A stretch of 64,000 nt of DNA, taken from assembly GCA_963778155.1 (NCBI GenBank), contig CAVZTK010000021.1, forward strand, positions 1,366,369 to 1,430,368, in the 5' to 3' direction. Under the pieces are notes generated by a model that worked only from the letters and a program-made list of their open reading frames with translations, was not told the DNA's origin and ran no database searches. This document shows positions 57,585 to 64,000 of the stretch, piece after piece. The stretch's first letter is position 1. Each line of letters opens with the position of its first letter. The stretch is from an uncultured Chloroflexia bacterium (GTDB lineage Bacteria > Chloroflexota > Limnocylindria > Limnocylindrales > CSP1-4). The translations under genes were made by a program, and so were the position numbers.

Positions 57585-58010
57585 TCAGGCGGCCACCGTT
57601 GCGGCCTTGCGCTGCAGGACGATGACCGGGATGACGCGCTCGGTCCGCGTCTCGTACTCGGCGAAGCCCGGGTGCACCGCGACATGCCCGTCATAGAGGC
57701 GCCGGCGCTCGTCGCCCGTCGCGACCATGGCCGTCGCCGCGAAGCGGTCACCATCCAGCTCGACGGTCACGTTCGGGTTCGCGACCACGTTGTGGTACCA
57801 GGCCGGGTGGCTCGGCGCGCCGCCCTTGGAGGCGACGATCACGACCCGGTCGCCGTCGAGGGTGTAGGCGAGCGGTGACTCGCGCTTCTCGCCCGTCTTC
57901 GCGCCGGTCGTCGTCAGGATGAGGACCTGGCGGCCGACGAAGTTGCCGCTGGTGGCGTGGCCACCGTGCGCCCGAAGGTCGTCGATGAGGCTCGAGTTGT
58001 AGTTGTGCAT
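57585..58010 (-). CDS. Deazaflavin (F420)-dependent nitroreductase/quinone reductase (Ddn family)
   Basis: LTTTGAKTG, ASKGGAPSHPAWYHN, YETRTERVIPV; SD AAGGAG. Confidence 0.9.
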   Translation of the reverse strand: MHNYNSSLIDDLRAHGGHATSGNFVGRQVLILTTTGAKTGEKRESPLAYTLDGDRVVIVASKGGAPSHPAWYHNVVANPNVTVELDGDRFAATAMVATGDERRRLYDGHVAVHPGFAEYETRTERVIPVIVLQRKAATVAA

Positions 58011-58059
58011 GGCTGACTCCTTGGTCGCTGGATCTGGCGGAAACGCTAGCACCGATACC

Positions 58060-58090
58060 GTTGCGTAGTCAACTAACAGGATGCTATGCT
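58060..58090 (+). promoter_or_regulatory. Pirin promoter (TTGCGT-N18-TATGCT) overlapped by palindrome GTTG-N6-CAAC
   Basis: GTTGCGTAGTCAAC at 58060-58073 in the divergent intergenic region. Confidence 0.5.
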
Positions 58091-58121
58091 GCACCGCAGA
58101 GACACAAGGAGTCCACGCCCC

Positions 58122-59126
58122 ATGCCAGCCGTCGTCGTCGAAGACATCACCGTCCTGCCGCGGATCGCCGAACCCGATCGGGCGGTCGCCCGTCAGCGTC
58201 CCGTGCGTGGGGTGACCTCCGCCCCGCACGGTTTCGAAGGTGAGGGGTTCCCGGTCCGGCGCGCGTTCGCCGGTGTCGACCTCGCGGACCTCGACCCGTT
58301 CATCCACCTCGACCAGATGGGCGAGGTGGACTACGCGCCAGGCGAGCCGAAGGGCACGCCGTGGCATCCGCATCGCGGCTTCGAGACTGTCACCTACATG
58401 ATCGACGGCGTCTTCGAGCACGCCGATTCGAACGGCGGCGGCGGGGTCATCACCAATGGCGACACCCAGTGGATGACAGCGGGTGCCGGCATCCTCCACA
58501 TCGAGAAGCCGCCGGAGTGGCTCGTGGTCAGCGGTGGGCTGTTCCACGGGCTGCAGCTGTGGGTGAACCTGCCGGCTGCCCAGAAGCTGACCGCGCCCCG
58601 CTACCAGGACCTGCGCGCCAGCCAGGTCGCGCTCGTGTCGTCGCCTGACGGCGGCGCGCTCATCCGGGTCATCGCCGGCGACGTCGCCGGCCACGCCGGC
58701 CCGGGTTCGACCTACTCGCCGATGACGATGGTCCACTCGACCATCAGCCCGGGGGCGCGGCTGAACCTGCCGTGGCGACCCGACTACAACGCGCTCGTCT
58801 ACGTGCTGGCAGGGCAGGGGACCGTCGGCGCCGAGGGCAAGCCCATCGGGACGGGCCAGCTCGCCCTGCTCGGCCAGGGGAACGCGATCACCGTCGTCGC
58901 CTCGCCGACCCAGGAGAGCCGTCATCCGAACCTGGAGGTCATCGTCCTGGGTGGTCGGCCGATCCGCGAGCCGGTGGCATGGATGGGGCCGTTCGTGATG
59001 AACACCCGCGACGAGGTCATGCAGGCGGTGGTCGACTATCAGGCCGGCCGCCTCGGCTCGATCCCGGCCGTCCACAACGCACCGACGACGATCGTGGAGG
59101 CGCGTCAGCCATCCGATGCCGGCTGA
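58122..59126 (+). CDS. Pirin family protein
   Basis: LDPFIHLD, HPHRGFETVTY, QWMTAGAGILHIE, QLWVNLP, GPFVMNT. Confidence 0.95.
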   Translation: MPAVVVEDITVLPRIAEPDRAVARQRPVRGVTSAPHGFEGEGFPVRRAFAGVDLADLDPFIHLDQMGEVDYAPGEPKGTPWHPHRGFETVTYMIDGVFEHADSNGGGGVITNGDTQWMTAGAGILHIEKPPEWLVVSGGLFHGLQLWVNLPAAQKLTAPRYQDLRASQVALVSSPDGGALIRVIAGDVAGHAGPGSTYSPMTMVHSTISPGARLNLPWRPDYNALVYVLAGQGTVGAEGKPIGTGQLALLGQGNAITVVASPTQESRHPNLEVIVLGGRPIREPVAWMGPFVMNTRDEVMQAVVDYQAGRLGSIPAVHNAPTTIVEARQPSDAG

Positions 59127-59240
59127 GGGCCGGGCAGCTCGGCGAGGCAGGCGCGCGCCCCAGATGTGACCGAACGGAAACCCTGGTCAGACTGCGGCCT
59201 CTTGCAGTGTGGGACGGCGAGACCTCACACTGCGGGAACC

Positions 59241-59312
59241 ATGATGTCGAGCTCGTGCGTGACGTGTTGCTGCCTCTGTCCCACTGCCATGCAGGGCAGG
59301 TGGTGTCGCTAG
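59241..59312 (+). CDS. Cys-rich leader peptide MMSSSCVTCCCLCPTAMQGRWCR (putative attenuator peptide)
   Basis: ATG 59241 to TAG 59310-59312; 6 Cys in 23 codons including CCC-L-C; followed by a terminator and then a sulfurtransferase gene. Confidence 0.8.
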   Translation: MMSSSCVTCCCLCPTAMQGRWCR

Positions 59313-59354
59313 GCGTGCGCTCATGATCCCGCGCACGCCCGGACCCTCACCCGA

Positions 59355-59382
59355 ACCCCTGCACCGGCAGGGGTCTTTTGTT
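59355..59382 (+). terminator. Attenuator intrinsic terminator
   Basis: ACCCCTGC-ACCG-GCAGGGGT 8-bp stem plus CTTTTGTT, about 35 nt upstream of the sulfurtransferase ATG. Confidence 0.8.
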
Positions 59383-59416
59383 ACCCGTCCGACCGCCACG
59401 ACCATGAGGACCACCG

Positions 59417-60727
59417 ATGACAACTCTCACGACCAGCGAGCTCCAGCGATCGTCTCGACGACCCGCAGCTCACGATCGTCGACATCCGCCCCCTCGCCGC
59501 CTACAACGGCTGGCGCCTGGGCGGTGAGGCGCGTGGCGGCCACATCCCGGGCGCGGTCGCGTTCCCGGCGGTGTGGCTGCACTCCGTCGACGAGCAGGAG
59601 GTCGGGCGCGCTGCTCGACGCCAAGCGGATCACCGCCGATCGCGAGATCGTCGTGTACGGCGCCGGGCCGGACGATGCCGCCGAGTTCGCGGCAGCCCTT
59701 CGGGCGCGCGGCCTCGAAGCCGTCCAGACGCTCGATGGTGGCGCCATGGCGTGGGCCGCCGACGAGACGCTGCCCCTCGAGCGTCTGCCCCGCTACGAGT
59801 CGCTCGTCCACATCCCGTGGCTCCGCGACGTGCTGGCCGGTCGCCGGCCGGAGGCGCCGCCCAACCCATCGTTCCTGCTCCTGCACGTCAACTTCGGGGT
59901 CCCCGAGGAGTACGCAGAGGGGCATATCCCCGGGGCGCACTACCTCGACACGAACTGGCTCGAGGATCCGGCCGACTGGAACCGCCGCTCGCCCGACGCG
60001 ATCGAGACGGCCCTGGCGGCACTCGGGATCACCCGCGACACCACGGTCGTGCTGTACGGCCGCGACACCGAGGGTGACGCGAACGAGAAGTGGCCGGGCC
60101 GACGGGCCGGCCAGATCGCGGCGACCAGGGCGCTCATGATCCTGCGCTACGCGGGCGTGGACGACGTCCGTCTGCTCGATGGCGGCTACGACTGGTGGGT
60201 CCAGGGCGGCAACCCGCGTCGAAACCACCGAGAACGTCCCGGTTCCGGTCGCCTCGTTCGGGGCCGCCGTCCCGGTCCGGCCCGAGGTCATCGTCGACAT
60301 CGACGAGGCCAAGGAGATCCTGGCCGACCACGAAGGGGCGGCGCTCGTCAGCGTCCGCACGTGGCGCGAGCACATCGGCAACGTCAGCGGCTACAACTAC
60401 ATCGGCCCGGCCGGACGGATCAAGGGCGACGTGTGGGGCAACTGCGGCACGGACGCCTACCACATGCAGCACTACCGGAACATCGACAACACGATGCGCG
60501 CCTACCCGGAGATCGCGGCCAACTGGGCCGAGGCCGGGATCACGCCCGACAAGTGGGTGGCCTTCTATTGCGGCACCGGCTGGCGGGCGAGCGAGACCTG
60601 GTTCTACGCCTACCTGCAGGGCTGGGAGCGGATCGCGGTCTACGACGGTGGCTGGTTCGAGTGGAGCCAGGACCCGATCAACAACCCGATCGAGATCGGC
60701 GAGCCCACCGACGAGGCGGCTGCCTGA
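59417..60727 (+). CDS. Three-domain rhodanese sulfurtransferase, YnjE-like (indels near 59450, 59605, 60215)
   Basis: GHIPGA twice, LLDGG, active-site loop FYCGTGWRASE as in YnjE, VYDGGWFEWS. Confidence 0.9.
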
Positions 60728-60918
60728 CCGCGATCTCGCGATGCGCCTGTGATGGTGTGCCGCGCGGTCGTCATCCCGGCGGCCGCCGGTCAGGCGCTAC
60801 AGTCGACCGGCTCGAAGGGGCCTCGAACATCGAGTGATCCGGTCGTTGTCTTGCAGTGACTGGAACAGCTCGTGATCGGTGGTTCCTTCGAGCGTTTCCG
60901 TTCCTGGTCCGTGCGCGA

Positions 60919-62431
60919 CTACGGGATGAGGACCTTGCTGAAGTTCGTCCCGTTGTAGCGGTTGAGGTCCACCCGACCGCTGATCCCCGGCACGACACCA
61001 TCCGAGGTGTACTGCCAGAACGTCCAGCCGTCGCCTCCCCAGTTGCCGCCCGGCACGGTGGGCCTGAGTGCCGACGTCCAGTGCGCCACCCAGAGCACGA
61101 TCGAAGCCGTTGAGCGAGAACCAGGTCGTGTCGCCCATGTAGTTCTTCCAGAAGCTCGGCGACACGTAGATCACGGCGTGGACCCCGGTCCGCTGCAGGA
61201 TCTCGCCCATGTAGGCCTGGACCCAGGCAGTCAGGGCGCCTGATGAGAGCCCGCCGCTCCGTTCGAGGTCGAGGACCGGCAGCAGGTCACCCTTGGCAGG
61301 CGCCGCGACGGCGATGAAGTGGTCGGCCTCGGCGACGGCGTCACCCGCGGTCGTGCTCGGCTGGGCGAAGTGATACGCGCCGACGTACGAGGCCGGCTGC
61401 GCGCGCCTGGGCCCGGTTCTGGGTGTACGACGGGATCGACGAAGTCGGTGCTCTCCGAGGCCTTGATGTAGGCGAACCGCTTGCCCGACGCGGCGACCTT
61501 GGTCCAGTCGATGGTGTTCTGCCAATGGCTGACGTCGATGCCCTCGGCGATCGTTGGGTGTCGGTGTGGGTGCGGCGTCGGGGTCGCCGTGGGCTTCGCG
61601 GTCGGCGTGGGCGTCGGCGTCGGTGTCGGTGACGGTGGGCGTGGGGGTCGGCTTCGCGTCGGCGTCGGGGTCGGCGTCGGCCGACGGCGTCGGGGTCGGC
61701 GTCGGGGTCGGGGTCGGCGTCGGCGCGGGCGTCGCTGGAGGCTGGGCTGCGGTCTCGACGCTCGGAGTCGTCTTGAACAGGCCGCTGGCCGCGTAGACGG
61801 ACGACACGCCGTAGAGCGAGCTGACGCTCACGCCGTTGATTGCGGTGATCCGGAACCAGCTCGCCCCGGCCACCGCCGCACCGGCGCATGTCGTGCTGGT
61901 AGCTCGACCCGGGGACGGAGGTGGCGACCGTGACGTTCGACGTCGGTCTTGATCATCGACTTGGCCGCGGTCGTCTGGGCGGGTCCGGTGCGGAGGTAGG
62001 TGCTGCAGGCGGTGTACCGCGTATACGGCGGCGCCGTCGACCGCCTTGAACAGGCCGGAGGCGGCGTACACGTAGCTCACGCCGTAGATGGACCGAACGC
62101 TCTTCCCGTTGATCGCGCTGATCCGCAGCCAGGTCGTGCCGTGCTTGGCGACGCCGGCGCACGTCGCACGCCAGCTGCCGCCGGTGACGGTCGCGGTGAC
62201 GGAGACCTTGGTGCCCTTCTTGACGATGACCCTGACGCGCGACGTCGTCGAATGGGTCGACCTGAGGTTCGCGCTGCAGAGGGCCACCTTGGTGGTGGCG
62301 GTTGCGCCGAGGACCTCGCCGGGCATCGACATCGAGCTGACGACGAAGCAGAACAGGGCAGCCATGACCGCCGCGGCGATGAGGGTGGTGCGCGAGGCGC
62401 GGGCGGCGTGACTGCTGGGCGCATGGGACAT
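60919..62431 (-). CDS. Secreted GH25 muramidase with two N-terminal Cys-containing repeats and a Pro/Thr linker (indels)
   Basis: Signal peptide; GIDVSHWQ, FAYIKASE, GAYHFA, PVLDLE, WTFWQYTS, VDLN. Confidence 0.88.
61555..61735 (-). repeat. Low-complexity (Pro-Thr)n coding repeat
   Basis: Tandem CCGACG/CCGACC hexamers on the minus strand. Confidence 0.85.
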
Positions 62432-62558
62432 GGCGGGCGAAACCTCAGTCTGGCAGGACCTAGAGGCTCGCGTAAACCCCCGTCCCGCGCTATGGCCCCA
62501 TGGGGCCAATCGTCACCGGCCCCGATGGGTCAGTGACCGTGGGACCGATGGACCCTGG

Positions 62559-63362
62559 TCAGACGGGCAGCGACGCCGGGACCTGGATGGCGAGCACGTC
62601 GAGGGTCGCCTCGCGACCGCGGACGTCGACGGTCCGACGCTCCAGCGATGTCGCGTCGAGCTCGGCACCTTCAGCTGCGGCCACGGACACGAGGAGCTCT
62701 CCGGCTTTGGCGAGTGATGCGAGCCGCGCGGTGGTATTCACCGGGTCACCGAGCGCGGTGAAGTCGGAGATCTCCTCGCTCGACCCGACGGTCCCGACGA
62801 AGGCGACACCCATGTGCACCCCGGCCCCGACCGGGATCGGGCCCTCGCTCGACGCATCCGGCCGGCCCGCCCGTTCGAGGAGGGTGCGGCCGGCGGCGAC
62901 CGCTTTCCGGGCATGGTCACGCCCGGAATAGGCCGGGATGAACAGCCCGATCGCCTCGTCGCCGACGAACTTGTCGACGACTCCGTCGTTGTCGACGATC
63001 GACTCCGCGGCCAACTTGTAGAAGGAATGCAACAGCGCGGAGAACTCGGCAGGCCTCAGCCGTTCGCCGAGGCCGGTCGAGCCACGGATGTCCGCGAACA
63101 GGAGCGAGATCTCGACCTCCGCCCCGCCGACGCCCTGTTTGGTCAGATGCTTCATGCAGTTCTTGCACAGCTGCGGGTTCCGCTCCCAGGGGCCGAACCA
63201 GTGCCCCAGGACGAGCCCGCCGACCCCCTTGAACGGCGCGTAGCACAGCTTGCAGCGGGGTGACGCCGGGAAGGCGCGGAACGTCGCCCGGAGCTTGAGC
63301 ACCGCATCGTGCTGTCCGGTCAGGATCGCGCGCCACTCGTCTTCGGGCGTCTCGTAGCCCAT
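62559..63362 (-). CDS. Class III adenylate/guanylate cyclase with N-terminal CxxC...CxxC module
   Basis: LFADIRGST, VDKFVGDEA, FTALGDPVNTTARL; RCKLC and LCKNC near the N-terminus. Confidence 0.92.
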   Translation of the reverse strand: MGYETPEDEWRAILTGQHDAVLKLRATFRAFPASPRCKLCYAPFKGVGGLVLGHWFGPWERNPQLCKNCMKHLTKQGVGGAEVEISLLFADIRGSTGLGERLRPAEFSALLHSFYKLAAESIVDNDGVVDKFVGDEAIGLFIPAYSGRDHARKAVAAGRTLLERAGRPDASSEGPIPVGAGVHMGVAFVGTVGSSEEISDFTALGDPVNTTARLASLAKAGELLVSVAAAEGAELDATSLERRTVDVRGREATLDVLAIQVPASLPV

Positions 63363-63393
63363 GTGCGGAGTGTAGGCCGTTCGCTTCGGGCGT

Positions 63394-64000
63394 CTAGGTG
63401 CCGCCCCCGGGTTCCTGCAGCGCGTACACGCGGCCCTGCCGGTGGTCGAGGTCCTCGAGCTCGGTCGTCGTTCGCACGTCATATGAGCGGAGCTCGATCA
63501 GGGCGTCGATCGGCAGGTAGCGCCGGCCGGGGTCTCCGACGAGGACGTCGATGCCGCGAGCGCGGGCCTGCTGCAGCCAGGGCAGGACCCGCTCGGCCAG
63601 GCGAGCGTCGTACCAGCAGTCGCCGGCCAGGATGACGTCGACGTCGGGTGGCGGGTCGTCGAGCACGTCACGCTCGACGACCGTCACGCGCTGACGGTTC
63701 GCTCGTGCGTTGAGCGCGACGGCCGCCACCGCGAACGCGGTCGATGTCGGCCGCCGTGACCGCCGTGGCACCGGCCTGCATCGCGGCGATGGCGCACAGT
63801 CCGGACCCCGTCGCCAGATCGAACACCCGGCGACCCCGGACAGCCTCGGGCGAATCCCGCAGGTATCGCCCGATCGCAAGGCCGCCGCCCCACGCGAAGG
63901 CCCAGTACGGCAGCGCAGTCTCAGGGTCGCCGGTCTCGATCTGCACGTCGTGCCACAGCGCGAGCGCGTCATCGGCCAGGTGGAGGCGGACCGTCTCGAG
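63394..64000 (-). CDS. Lysine-methyltransferase-like (Methyltransf_16) SAM-dependent enzyme, start beyond window; indel near 63735
   Basis: PYWAFAWGGG, DLATGSGL, ILAGDCWY, VLVGDPGR. Confidence 0.85.
   Translation of the reverse strand, partial: SRRSASTWPMTRSRCGTTCRSRPATLRLRCRTGPSRGAAALRSGDTCGIRPRLSGVAGCSIWRRGPDCAPSPRCRPVPRRSRRPTSTAFAVAAVALNARANRQRVTVVERDVLDDPPPDVDVILAGDCWYDARLAERVLPWLQQARARGIDVLVGDPGRRYLPIDALIELRSYDVRTTTELEDLDHRQGRVYALQEPGGGT

Noticed and set aside
59130-59400. SAM riboswitch or T-box upstream of the sulfurtransferase
   Set aside because: No SAM-I core or T-box (AAGGTGGNACC-type) consensus was recognised; the Cys-codon ORF plus alternative helices explain the region better. 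An Rfam scan would settle it.
61555-61735. Tandem hexamer repeats as CRISPR or VNTR
   Set aside because: They encode a Pro/Thr linker; there are no unique spacers or cas genes.

Overview
High-GC bacterial chromosome segment, mostly + strand housekeeping genes. Gene order and protein style suggest Chloroflexota, possibly a Limnocylindria/Ellin6529-like lineage (inference, no search run). Order: fakA-like, recG, rsmD, coaD, yceD, rpmF, plsX, nusB, acpP, rnc, smc, ftsY, ffh, rpsP, khpA, rimM, trmD, rplS, rnhB, yraN, rpsB, tsf, pyrH, frr, uppS, cdsA, dxr, rseP, ispG, nusA, ylxR, infB, rbfA, nrnA, truB, ribF, rpsO, pnp, asd, udg, rnj, ftsK, rodZ, cinA, murC-like, yajQ. An accessory tail follows (TPP enzyme, methyltransferases, F420-dependent reductase, pirin, YnjE-like sulfurtransferase, GH25 muramidase, class III cyclase). 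Many essential genes are broken by small indels, most likely long-read consensus errors, so the genes were reconstructed across frames. No rRNA, tRNA, CRISPR array or transposase was seen. Two signals stand out. (1) An unannotated 23-codon Cys-rich leader peptide (MMSSSCVTCCCLCPTAMQGRWCR, 59241-59312) with mutually exclusive antiterminator/terminator helices lies upstream of the sulfurtransferase, a candidate cysteine-sensing transcription attenuator. (2) The PNPase carries an in-frame DEDDh 3'-5' exonuclease domain with all catalytic residues between its two RNase PH cores.
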